Shown piece by piece: positions 40,540 through 53,061 of a stretch of 64,000 bases of DNA. Positions within the stretch are counted from its first letter, which is position 1. Every line of letters begins with the position of its first letter. The DNA lies in the NCBI GenBank assembly GCA_951406725.2, contig OX597820.1, positions 95,790,001 to 95,854,000 of the forward strand. The letters are read 5' to 3'. The position numbers and the translations under genes are program-made. The stretch is from Octopus vulgaris (taxonomy: Eukaryota). The notes under the pieces are model-generated. The model was not told where the DNA came from, made no database searches, and saw nothing but the letters and a program-made list of their open reading frames with translations.

Positions 40540-42635
40540 CACTGGTCAACAACCAAAATGCTTCTGAGACCAGAGTAGCAATTTCCAAGTAATTTTAGGT
40601 CACTGGATATCATGGCTAAAACTGTTTTTAAGACACACGTACGTGTCACAACAGGTTCCAACAGGCTTGCGGAAGTATGTTTCTTACCGCACTCACTGTC
40701 CCACTGCTCTTCAGTATTGTTCCAGCAGTCATAGGAGGTGGTTGTGCTGTGCAAGTTTATATACTGAGGTGAAAGGTAAGGGATTTTCCTAGTCAAACAC
40801 TTTTTAAACTTATAATAAATATGCATTGAGTAAGTTATTGATATGCATGTGATGGCATTTTATATTAATTTTATTTTTCTACTGAATGATATAAACACTT
40901 CTGCTTAGCTGTCATGTTCTGTATGATAATCATAAATTTATGAGCGAATTATCAGTTTATCTGCTAATTGTTTGTTGTTTTCTTCTTTAAAATGCCTCGC
41001 ACTTGTGTGAATAAGGCAGATAACTTCTGCTACATTTGTAGTGAGGCATATAACTGCTATGGTTAGAAAGGTATATCACATATATTTTGGATGCAAGATT
41101 GGCGACCAGGATAAGAAGTGGGCTCCTCACATGTACTGCAACGCTTGTGCTACTAACCTTCGCCAATGGTTGAACAAAAAGAGAAAATAAATGTCTTGTG
41201 TTTTGCCAATGACGTAGCGGGAGCCAATAGACCACACCAACAATTGTTATTTTTGCATGGTACTTCCAGTAAAAAAGGGCTTTGTCAAAGAAGGAAAAAG
41301 AGTCCATTCTGTATCTAAACATTCCATTAGCTACCGGCCCAGTTCCTGATAAACTACCGTCGATATTCTTCGAGTCAGAAGAAAGTGATGAGGAGGAAGC
41401 AGAGTAGGATGACAATGCTAGATTACAGAATGACCCAAAGTTTGATGAAACACACTCCTCTAGACCACATCTCATAGCACAAGGGGAACTCCATGACCTT
41501 GTCAAGGATCTACAACTACCTAAGAATAAAGCAGATCTACTCGGCTCTCGTCTGCAACAGTGGAGTCTCCTAATAGCTGATGTAAAGGTTTCAAAATTTC
41601 ATGACTGTCAGCAGCAGTTCAGCAGTTTCTTCATAATGAAAAGTGATTTATGGGCCGGCAAGAATTTTAATGGTCTGATGGAAGTGCTTGATATTGAATA
41701 CGAACCCAGTCAGTCAAGGCTGTTGATAGATTCATGAAAAACTTGTCTGAAAGGTGTCTTGTTGCAAAATGGCAATAGTGAACCTTCCGTTCTTGTGGGC
41801 TATGCATCACATATGAAAGAATCTTATGAGAATATAAAGCTTATGCTGCAATGCATAAAATACAGTGAATATCAATGGCAGCTCTGTTGTAACTTAAAGG
41901 TAATTGCTTTTGTAATGGGCTTGCAGGGAGGATGCACCAAGTACTGCTGCTCTCTGTGTGAATGGGACAGCCATGCAAGAGATTCCCACTGTATCAGGAG
42001 AGACTGGCTACCTCGTCAGTCATTGAAGCCTGGGACGAACAATTTTCAACATCCACATCTCACTGAAACAATCCAAATTTTTAGCTACAACCATTACACA
42101 TAAAACTGGAGTTCATGAAAAAACTTTGCAAAGGCTATGAACACTAACATAGAAGAAGGAGGTTTCATTTATCCTCAGAATTGGTAGAAAACCTCATCAA
42201 GGCTTACACATGGGATGTAACATGTCACGTTAAATCCACGTTTTGGACTTACATTTAGACTTTTCTCCAGCAAACTGTGGGGCAGTTAGTGACGAACATA
42301 GTCAAGGGTTTCACCAAAATATTTCAACCATGGACAAGTGATACCAGGGAAAATGATGCAAAATGATGCTTGCTGGAGATTGGCAAGAGATTATTTTTCA
42401 GCTCTCTATAAGCGTCAAGCAAAAAGGCAGAGAGTAGATACGGACAACAGCTTTAGATATAATGGCACATATTGCACGTTGTAATAAAATAGTCAAATGT
42501 CACGTGTTGTGTATCTTTATGCCTATAGCTAATAAGTTACTTTTCAAGGTGATATTTGGATTCAGGACATGAAAATACTTAAGAATTTATTAATCCCATT
42601 AAAGAAGCCCCCAACTTTTCAAAAATTGAGTAGTG
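40540..42635 (+). mobile_element. Chapaev3-like (CMC superfamily) DNA transposon, pseudogenised
   Basis: TAA|CACTGGTCAA ... TTGAGTAGTG|TAA termini with a 3-bp TAA TSD; encodes CVNKADNFCYICSE, YFGCKIGDQDKKWAPH, REPIDHTNNCYFC and GLQGGCTKYCCSLCEWDS. The family name is from recall of these motifs. Confidence 0.7.
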
Positions 42636-42655
42636 TAATAATGATGATGATGATG

Positions 42656-42734
<79 letters not shown>

Positions 42735-42736
42735 CA

Positions 42737-43076
42737 ACGTGTCTCTAAAAGAAATAGAGAAACTTTCAAATTACAAAGACCTGGAAATAGAGGTAACTAG
42801 AATGTGGAATCTAAAAACAGAAACATTTCCTATCATAGTAGGTGCATTAGGCATGATAAAACAATATTCAGACAAATACATAACAAAAACACCAGGACTT
42901 ACAAACACATATAACATACAGAAAATTGCACTACTAGGCACTGCACACATCCTACGCAGAACACTTTCAATACAGTAACCATCAGAGCATCACAACAAAT
43001 CACAGCACACACCCAAGGCACACAGAGCTGCGCTCGGTAATGAAGTGAAAGCACGTTATAAAAATAAAACTACTGA

Positions 43077-43078
<2 letters not shown>
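42737..43078 (+). mobile_element. 5'-truncated Dong/R4 LINE 3' end inserted in (TAA)n
   Basis: KEIEKLSNYKDLEIEVTRMW..PIIVGALG..IQKIALLGTAHILRR (restriction-like endonuclease C-terminus); TAA arrays on both sides. Confidence 0.85.
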
Positions 43079-43132
<54 letters not shown>

Positions 43133-43298
43133 TATCATGTCTAATTCGTATGGTTTGTCAATACGATAATTAACTGAAATTTTCTGCACTATAGTACAGG
43201 TAATTTCATCATTTACATTTTTATTTTCTATCCCACATTCCGATTAGTATCATTTCAATCGTCTTTAGATCCCTCATTTCTATATATATAATAAGATT

Positions 43299-43363
<65 letters not shown>

Positions 43364-43421
43364 CATTATTGGTGAATTGAAGAAATGGAGCTGAACGCAG
43401 ATTGAACAGAAATCGTTTTAT

Positions 43422-43508
43422 TTCATTCTACACGTGTTTCGAAAGGCACAAATTACCAAAATCCGATGGAATAATGGGACCATATTGTGTCTTTCTCTTC
43501 AGGAAGAA
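43422..43508 (-). ncRNA. Identical hammerhead ribozyme on the opposite strand
   Basis: Mirror copy in the left arm; predicted cleavage between 43429 and 43428 of a minus-strand transcript, which is the sense of the host LRR gene intron. Confidence 0.82.
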
Positions 43509-43560
43509 AATAGGAAATCCGTTGGAAAAACAAAAACAGAACAGAGGCGGATTTCCTATT

Positions 43561-43647
43561 TTCTTCCTGAAGAGAAAGACACAATATGGTCCCATTATTC
43601 CATCGGATTTTGGTAATTTGTGCCTTTCGAAACACGTGTAGAATGAA
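43561..43647 (+). ncRNA. Type-I hammerhead ribozyme with an intact core
   Basis: TTCTTC-CTGAAGA-GAAAGACACAA...TTGTGCCTTTC-GAAA-C-ACGT-GTA/GAATGAA; canonical CUGANGA and GAAA, GUA cleavage triplet ending at 43640, palindromic stem III ACACGTGT, then AATAAA. Confidence 0.82.
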
Positions 43648-43865
43648 ATAAAACGATTTCTGTTCAATCTGCGTTCAGCTCCATTTCTTCAATTCACCAA
43701 TAATGTTCTAATTTCAATTATCCGCACCAACGCACGGTTGCAACACCATATGGTTGTACCTCCAACCGTGCTGTTTTACTGCTGTTTTACTGCTGTGATT
43801 TTTGCTACTAAGGTATCGGTTAAACTTTTGATTAATCTACTACAAGATTATTCATCTTTCTATTT

Positions 43866-43904
<39 letters not shown>

Positions 43905-44734
43905 CTGTTTAGCATTGAAGCAGTAGTTAAGAATGATGGCAGAGTGGTTGAGAATGTTGAAACCCTTCGTTAGTATTATGAGATATATATAGAAATAGCG
44001 CGCACGAAAACACATGCTAATTGAATCATTCGGTAGAAAAAGCATGCACGATGATATTAAGAAACCACTGGATTGAAATCTTAATTGCGTAGGAAAATTC
44101 TTATTTTGAAAAGAGTCGAAGTAAGCGTTGACCTTAATGGAATATAATACAGTCTGTAAGATATATTTCGGAGTCTTTAATCTCACAAAAGCCTGTGTAT
44201 CACACATGTAGCAGATATTTACAAAATTCACATACACTCAAGGAGAAAGTAATACGGAGACATGACAATCGCAAGATTAGGATTATAAATTACTACTCTA
44301 CCTAAAAAGAAGTTGTAGAAATTATGTCCTGGAATCGAAAATGTTATAAAAACATTCAATATCGATTTTTAATTCTTTTAGATACTGCAAGTAATGTCAG
44401 ATGCAGACCTAGATTGCAAAACAAAAAAAAATTGTTTTGCCATTTAAATACGAGAAGTAATGTTAGATGCATTCCTAAATTACAAGACAAAAACTGTGTT
44501 ACCATTTAAAATAAAATCTCACACTAATTAAAAATTGATTCTCGGTATCGAGACCAACAACATGGTACTTAGCGTTGTAAATAGAAATCGGTAGTAAGAG
44601 GAGCGAATAACAATCAGTATTTTCAAGTTTTATACACTTACATGAGGCAGTGCAAAATAAATTAATTGAAAATGGGCAAGGGGGAAGGGTTATCATTTAA
44701 AGTTTGATATAAGCTTATAATAATTATAAGCATA

Positions 44735-44778
44735 TAATAATAATAATAATGATAATAATACTTCTAATAATAATAATG

Positions 44779-44824
<46 letters not shown>

Positions 44825-44853
44825 TGATAATAATAATTATAATAATGATGATG

Positions 44854-44910
<57 letters not shown>

Positions 44911-44925
44911 TTTTTATTATTGTTA

Positions 44926-44981
<56 letters not shown>

Positions 44982-45014
44982 GTTAGTGTTATTATTGTTG
45001 TTGTTGTTGTTGTT
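44735..45014. repeat. (AAT)n array followed by the inverted (ATT)n array
   Basis: Seen directly; orientation switches near 44910. Confidence 0.9.
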
Positions 45015-45500
45015 TTACTTCGCAGAGCGCTCGGTTTTGTTTGCTCTGGTTGATTCTGTGAGAGCGGGCAGTAGCCTGTCGTCAGAGGTCAAACAGGGTC
45101 TCTTTCTGCACAATATAAACTTTGATACTTGGTTCTTAATTATCGAGGAAGACATTCTACATCCAAGTACCAGTCTCAAAATCCTGGTTGTGTCCAGCAG
45201 AGCAATTTTGGATGCTTGCTCTGCTCTCTTGTTAATTCCGATTTCTCTGACATATTTCTTGAACTTGATTGTTAATGCACCATGTGCCCCTACAACTACT
45301 GGAATGACATACACTCTCCTCATTGTCCACTCGTGCGTTTTAATAATTTCTAGTCCATTGTCACTTATGCGAGCATCCCCAGATATTGTAATATCTATAA
45401 TCTTTTTTTCCTTTACCTACCACAACAATGCCTGGCGTCCGAGCCTCGATTAGGGAGTCGCACTGGATTGTAACTGTGTCTTATGTTTATTGTTCTTGAT
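45015..45500 (-). mobile_element. Dong/R4 LINE 3' fragment
   Basis: VIPVVVGAHGAL...SKIALLDTTRILRLVL; ends in CAA/TAA repeats on the minus strand. Confidence 0.7.
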
Positions 45501-46581
45501 CACTCCTTCTGGTTCATGTTCGTAGCATTTCCGTGCTCCGTCCAGGCCGTACTTTTCATATAGACCCAGTGAACAAACTTAGTCACGTTATTGTGCCTCC
45601 TCCACCAGCACCACCAGCACCACCAGCACCAGCACCACCACAGTAGCTTAACAATAATTAAATTAGCAGCTTTAAGCACCAACAAATGCATGCTGTTTAA
45701 GAAAAAGGGTTACATGATATATTCACAAATAAGTGATTATGTCACCTCCCTGTCTTTTTAAGAACTTTGTAATTTATGGAAGTGGAAGAATTTGGAGTCT
45801 TCCCTCTTGTAAGGAGTCTCTGACAAAGCAGTCTTGTATTAGATTCCAGGTTGAAATGGCCAATACCTCCAACAGCCCACTAAATGAAAATGATGTCATA
45901 ATATTATTTGGTTCACACAATCTGTACCTAAATTATGATGACTGGTTGATGATGATGGTAATGAAATTGCATGTTTCAGTTTTCCTCACCCAAAGAGATC
46001 GCTTTTCTGCCGACAAAAGAAATAGACAAATCAAGAAGAGCAATCAAAACCGGTGAATATGTTGTGATGAGTCCGTCATTGGCTATGCTGATGATCATAC
46101 TGATGATCGACTGTGAAATGAGCAAGACTTGTTAACATACCTTGAAAATACCTGAGGCAAGATCGGTTAGTTTTCAATGCGAAAAGAAAAGAATAAAAGG
46201 AAATTGATAAAAAGAATAAAACAAAATAAATAAAATATGATTGATTAATAAGTGACCATCAATATGAATGAAAACCATTTGCCAGTGTGTTTCATCGAAA
46301 CTCAGAGATCAGAAGTTTCAAGTACTTTAGGTCTTATGATGCTGAAAGTAAGAAAGATTTCCTGATACATAAAGGGTGTCTTGGAGTGCCTACTTCATTA
46401 CATCTGGCAATTGCCAATAATCAGCTACGTAATATAATTATTGTCATCAATGAAAAACTGATGACTCTCCACTCAAGGACTGAAATTTCTAACAGATTTG
46501 CAACAACTACCAGTGTGTTAACAATATGTAGCATGTATTCAAGGCAGTTTAAATATGCATTTTACGCTTAAGTAGACTGTG

Positions 46582-46653
46582 ATCAATCAACCAGAATTTT
46601 AAAGCAAGGCAAAATCTTGCTCGGTGATATCGATCTTAGGATTGTTATTTATT
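46582..46653 (-). pseudogene. Possible decayed LRR pseudo-exon
   Basis: tgttag|A ATA AAT AAC AAT CCT AAG ATC GAT ATC..TTT GCC TTG CTT TAA; INNNPKIDITEQDFALL* matches the N, I, F and L spacing of an LRR, but has a stop and no donor. Confidence 0.3.
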
Positions 46654-48766
46654 CTAACATACAGAATGGTGCAATTGCAAAAGAATACGGGGTAAAGAGC
46701 TAACAGAAATGACATCCTCCTTCTTACTGAATGTGGAGAACATAACTTAGTAATCAGTAACACACTATTTTGGCAAACAAGCACAGACAAGGGTTCCCAG
46801 CGCCATCTGCGATCAATGTACTTGTATAAAATTGACTTTGTCAGTATACAGATGCGCAAGTATTAGGTTGGACAATTAACAAGTATCAAAACTGAGATCA
46901 ACGAGGTTGAGCAGACCACGACTGAATACGATATTACATGGCAATTTATCTCGGTGAATTTATGAAATAATGTCAACAGATATCAAAACCGCAGAATATC
47001 AGAGTATTTTAACTAGTTCTGACAAGATACGTCGTCATCCATAAGTCTAGAACTCTACGACATCCCTCAAAATACATGATGCACTAAAAAACAGGATATG
47101 CTTGCAGATAGCCAGAAGCCTTATTCTTTATAGCGAATAAACATTGAAAATAATTTGACGAGAACATTGTCTAAATCGTGCAGATGACCAACAGGAAATC
47201 AACAGTTTCACATGTATTCAAAACAAAATTAATGATCACGAAAGGAACGATTGCCTGCAAGCAAAGCCTGCTCTCTAGTATCATAAGCGCACCATAAAGA
47301 ACAACTAATAGAAGGCCAAAATATTTTAATACTATATATTAATATACCTATAATCCAAGTAAAAATTTCCGGTAACTTTGTCTAAACACATTACAAAACT
47401 AACCAAAGTACAAGCACCTATCAATAGCCGGTGAGTAGAACATTTCAAGTCAATGATGAACAACTTAGGTATATCATCTGACAATGCCAAAAAAAAAAAA
47501 AGAAAGAAAAAGAAATGCAATATGTTCTTTAAACCACAAAAGGGAATCGAAGTCTAAGGATTTCAAGGAACGAGATGTCAGTAACAAAACTCTATGCACT
47601 GGGCCTCAAAGAAGTAAATATATCTTACATTGGGACCATAGTTATGAATGATCAACATTAATGGTTAGACAATGTCATACAAATGGTGGATCATCAGTGG
47701 TCCAAAAAGAACTACTTTACTTTTAACTGAACGAAGGAAAATGCCCTTAATGAAGATAAAGAATGCAGTTCAAATTTGTACTAAAAGAAATTGTTAAAAA
47801 GAGAGTTATCAATATATTTGAGATGAGAAACTTTTGCTGTTAACCAACCGAGATCTACACACACTGTCTATAACAGAGCAGAATATTTTGTCATCAGTTC
47901 GAACATTTCAACGATAGGTTTGAGTGTAGCAATGTTAAACGATCAACTCAGAATCTCTTTCCCTGCAACACATCTTACTTTTGTGGAAATAGAGTTCTGA
48001 GCGATATAGAAATGTTCAGAAAGCGAGTTCTAAAGTAGTGAAATATCAGTCTGTTTAGACATTCTTTGAGACTATAACCTAGGACGGCCTGTGATTGGAT
48101 CGTAAGACTCATATTCGGCCAATAGAGTTAACATACCAATCCACAGAATAAAAGTCTGAAGAACAATTATCTTGGACCATAAGATATTTCCGTCAATAAA
48201 AAGTGTAACCTCAACTAGTAGGCCAATACAACATTAGTCCGATATTTCAAAGATCACGTAAACCGTCTATCACTCCCGATATAGATAAGAATAATTCAAG
48301 ACATACAGTCACATATATTGCATAAATATAATTTTTTTTTTAAATATCATTTCCTTCTAATAGTAAAGTGCATTCTCTTGATTACGATCTTCCCAAAATA
48401 TATATTCAATTTTCTTGTCATAAGAGTAGCACTCCATAGTTTCCTGAAGTCAAATATTTCCAGATATATTCTCTTTCGTTAACGCTAAATAATGAAAAAG
48501 AGAATATTCTATTGCTTCAAATTCACACATCCTTCAGTTTTGTTGTTTTTTCTTCTGTACTTTCATATTTATGCTAGTCAATATTGTAAAATCAGTTCAC
48601 AAATAACGACCTATTTCCAGCTGACGTACCTACAAAAAATGGCATTTATCTGTTTGAAGCGTAAGCCATAAAACAATGATAGTATGGCCAATGGTCTGTT
48701 GTAGATAACTTATGAAAAGGTGAAAGAGTCAAGAAAAAAAAAAGAAGAAGAAACTATTACACTTAC

Positions 48767-48838
48767 AAATGTCTGATGCTTGGTAAATTGTGAAAGATAT
48801 GCTCGTTTATACTGTGAAGTCGATTTTTCTGCAGCTGT
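48767..48838 (-). CDS. Internal exon (72 bp, phase 2-2) encoding one LRR
   Basis: aatttcag|A CAG CTG...CAT TT|gtaagt; [25 protein letters not shown]; same strand and phase as the 144-bp exons. Confidence 0.85.
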
Positions 48839-48936
48839 CTGAAATTATAAATATAAGAATTAATATATATATATAAACATACATATAAATTAATATATAT
48901 GTGTGTACGTATGTATATATATATATATGTATATAT

Positions 48937-49023
<87 letters not shown>

Positions 49024-49300
49024 CATATATATATATATATATATACACATACATACACACACATATATATATATATATATACACATACATACATACATAT
49101 ATATATATATATACACATACATACATATATACATATATACACATACATATATATATGTATATATATATATATATATATATGTATAGGCTAATCGAAAATA
49201 AAAATTTAAAAAAATTTTTAAAACAGCAGAAGTCAAAAGCGCGTATAGAACGAATGTATTGGGTTGACGCTAAGTTTAAGTTGGAAAATAGGTAGGAGGT

Positions 49301-49331
49301 GTTTACCGTTTTGAGCATAGCTCTTCGTCAG

Positions 49332-49335
<4 letters not shown>
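49301..49335 (-). ncRNA. Degenerate minimal hammerhead between (TA)n and (GA)n
   Basis: Minus strand TTT-CTGACGA-A-GAGC-TAT-GCTC-AAAAC-G-GTA-AAC; G12 is mutated to A (CpG context). Confidence 0.55.
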
Positions 49336-49394
<59 letters not shown>

Positions 49395-49461
49395 GGTCCG
49401 GAGAAAAGGGGAAAATTGTCCAATAAAAGCTGGTTGAAGTAAATATATTGCAGAATAATGA

Positions 49462-49632
49462 GGCAATCTTACGGTTCTAGTATATGTTACGTCAACTGAC
49501 CACGTGTATTTGTTTATATATGATCGTCGATTTCCGTAAACAACTTTTATTTTTTTACATTTATTTTTTTACATATGGGGTTGGGGGAAATGGGATCTTT
49601 GGGGTTAGGGTTAGGGTTAGGTTTAGAGTTAA

Positions 49633-49667
<35 letters not shown>

Positions 49668-49839
49668 TGGGGTTAGGGTTAGGATTAGGGTTAGGGTTAG
49701 GACCCTAACCCTAAAGATCCCATTTCCCCCCAACCCCATATGTAAAAAAGTAAAAGTTTTTTTACGGAAATAGACGATCATATATAAACAAATACACGTT
49801 GTCAGTTGACGTAAAATATACTAGAACCGTAAGATTGCC
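49462..49839. mobile_element. MITE with ~140-bp TIRs, a 9-bp TSD (Mutator/MULE-like) and an internal telomeric repeat
   Basis: GAATAATGA|GGCAATCTTACGGTTCTAG ... CTAGAACCGTAAGATTGCC|GAATAATGA; (TTAGGG)n at ~49601-49701, then CCCTAACCCTAA. Confidence 0.88.
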
Positions 49840-50400
49840 GAATAATGATTGTTCACATTGGCAAAGGTTACATATTGGTTTGCAGAGAAGATAGCTGTTT
49901 AAATAAATAGCAGTATTCGACAAATAGCAATTTTGTTAGCTCACGAGGGCGATAGGCAAATTTTGCACAGGTGGAATTTGAATTTAGAAGCTAAAGGTGC
50001 TTTATTGATTCTGTCAATCTACCGTCCTTTATATAGATAAGATAAATTTCCGCCATGAGGTATAAGCTCTGTATGATATGGTGATTTATGGATATATATG
50101 TAGATGTCCAAAGCACAAATTCTTTAGTAGTGCAGTATCGTTCTGCAGCAAATATGAGAAAGCTAGATATTTATATATACACAGATGTATGCTTGTGTAT
50201 AAGTTATGGTGGTACATTTCGTATATAAAAACGTAATACCGTAACTTACGCAGAATATTCGCCGAATTTCCTATGTAATTTCCTCCTATTACAAGGTGGC
50301 AAAGCGAAAGAATATATATTAAAAAGTTAATTCAGGTTTTTAGAAAATCGCTGTCCAACATCAATTGCATTTTGTATTTATGTTCACATCCAAGAATATA

Positions 50401-50414
50401 TCTACACATCTATA

Positions 50415-50502
<88 letters not shown>

Positions 50503-50602
50503 GCGCTCTCTCTCTCTCTCTCTATCTATCTATTTATCTATCTACCTATCTACCTATCTATCTATCTACGTACATACCTACCTACTTACGTATCTATCTA
50601 TA

Positions 50603-50672
<70 letters not shown>

Positions 50673-50712
50673 CTTATCTATCTATGAGTCTACCTACCTA
50701 TCTATGTACCTA

Positions 50713-50760
<48 letters not shown>
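50401..50760. repeat. (TATC)n/(TC)n compound microsatellite
   Basis: Seen directly. Confidence 0.95.
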
Positions 50761-50761
<1 letters not shown>

Positions 50762-51433
50762 TTAAGCATTAATATAAACGTATAAAAGTTTTTAAAATGT
50801 TTTAAATAATAATATTAATTCATATAGTTCTATCCGACTTGTGTGATAACTTCGTTGATATTTCCATAAAGTTGATGCAACAATACAACAGAAAATAGTT
50901 CTTTATTAGATTAGAAGCTACGATCACAGGCGTAAGACAATGTTAACAGAAGGATGCTAATTCATTATCTTAGTGCCGAAAGCCGAGCACCTATTTCATT
51001 TGATCGGAAATAACGACACGACTCAATTTTATCACTTCACTAAATCTTGTGCGTGATTTAGAAATATTTTTAGATCAGTAGTATTGATAATTGAAAACCT
51101 CAGAAACAATTGATTTAACGATTTCTTCACACTTTTAGAACCGGCATTGTGGCTTTTAAAACTTTCTAATCGAAATAACTTACATGTTATTAATGGAACA
51201 TTAGTGTACCAGAATTATCAATAATGTACCAATCACATATAGTTATTGTTTTCGATGTAACGAGAATGTTATATAGTTTAAATAATTTTTAGTTTCTTAT
51301 ATTTTATAGAAAATAACCTGAACCCATTACCAAGACATTGCGTTAAATATCATCTCAACTAAGCAAGCAATTAAGATGTTACTCGTTCTTGTATATAGCA
51401 AGTGAAGTTTATAAATAAACAGTATCTCCTTAA

Positions 51434-51570
51434 CTTCAAAGTCTCCCTTGACCACAAGTGGCCTGAACTCTTTACATGAACACCACCCTGTACATAACTC
51501 CATGTCCCCCCTACATGGCCTTGCTTTTTGCTTTTTGAGCCAAAAAATTAACTAACTAACTAACTAACTC
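51434..51570 (+). mobile_element. Short 3' tail of the CR1-like LINE with a (TAAC)n terminus
   Basis: AAGTCTCCCTTGACCACAAGTGGCCTGAACTCTTT...CCCCCTACATGGCC matches the reverse complement of 53082-53160. Confidence 0.8.
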
Positions 51571-52296
51571 TCCCCCCATGTGAACTATTTGAAGATTTAC
51601 TCTATTAAAATCAATAACACCAGCATAGTCATATAAGTTTGAGTAAAAAATAATTTCAAATAATTGACTAGTTATGACTCTTAAGGCATTTACACAAACA
51701 CTCATTGATTGGTTGTTTGGTTAATCGATACAACAAATAAGCCGTTAAATACTGCTACCTTTTCCGAAACTTAATATACCTGTCCAAAATTTAATCTCAT
51801 TACGGAATGTTTGTTTTCTTTTTAATCATTTGAGACTTGATGAATAGTAAATATGAGTAGCGAAATTTTATATCGAATTATTGATGTATCATTGGCTTTG
51901 AAGAAAAAAGTTCAATAAAAACAATTAGTAACATATTCGAATCGATTCCTTTTTAAAAACACTTTCTCTGTGTTTACTTTTTAAATTTAAATACTGTGTT
52001 AGCTTTTATATTTATTGTTTGAAGTATAGGGAAAAAATCATTACAGCTAAAAGAAAAGTGTTGTTTGAACATAAGACTAAACTGTTTAGTGTATTTTTTT
52101 TCTTTGGCTTCCGCATGTCAGCTTATAAAATAGGGAACGGTACTTTATATAGTGAACAAATTGAAATGTCACGCACTAAGAGTCAGTCAATCACGTGCTT
52201 CTGCCGAGAGAAATTAAACTAGTTGATGGCATAAGAAATAAAATTTTGATAAAGAAAACACTTCAAGCGGTATGTAATATATAACATACACGCACG

Positions 52297-52357
<61 letters not shown>

Positions 52358-53061
52358 AAACACACACACACATACACACATCACTCAATCAAGGTTATAA
52401 TCAAGGATCAACAGAATAAACAATATTGTTTGAAGTTGCCAATAACAGTTTTGTTTTATCCATAAAAATCATCTAATTAGATGAAACCAATATAAATATG
52501 AATGATTTTATATTGATTGCTTATGTAGTGTAATGTGTAATTGACGATTATAATATAATACTAGTACTTACTTTATAAGCTTTAGAGACATTAGACAAAG
52601 CCAACATTTGTGTAATTTGAAAATTGTCATGAAACACGATAAAAAACACTGGTATCTATTTAGTCTGACGTTTAATTATTTTTGCAAAATACTTGCACAT
52701 ATCTGTATTTCTAGATTATATGTTAGGTTTAATCAAAGTTTAGGTTTCGAAAGTAGTTTCCTAGACATCGGTTATATACCATAAACTCCTGCTTTGTTTT
52801 GTATGTGTTTTCTGTCAGTACTTCTCAATCACCATTTCTCCTCTCTATTTCTCTACCACTGATATAAGAAATCACGAAGTGAGGATATTGTTAGATTTTT
52901 CATTATATCACTGCAATATTGGTTTTCTGAGTTAATAATTTATTTAAACAATATATTCAAGAGAAATGAAGGGTTTTGCTATACGGTGATATTCATAGCT
53001 TATCCAACATTATTAGCGGCATAAAAAAGCACGAATATTTCCGAAGTATTATGCTCTATAA

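Larger units (their letters stand above)
43362..43707. repeat. Perfect inverted repeat, 160-bp arms with a 26-bp spacer, directly after (TA)n
   Basis: 43362-43521 is the reverse complement of 43548-43707; no mismatch found by eye; the mirror-image ORFs in the track agree. Confidence 0.97.

Noticed and set aside
43402-43667. Mirror-image 79-aa and 60-aa ORFs
   Set aside because: A consequence of the DNA palindrome; no protein motif.
49601-49713. Chromosome end-to-end fusion scar
   Set aside because: The inverted telomeric repeats lie inside TIRs bounded by a 9-bp TSD, so they are part of a MITE.
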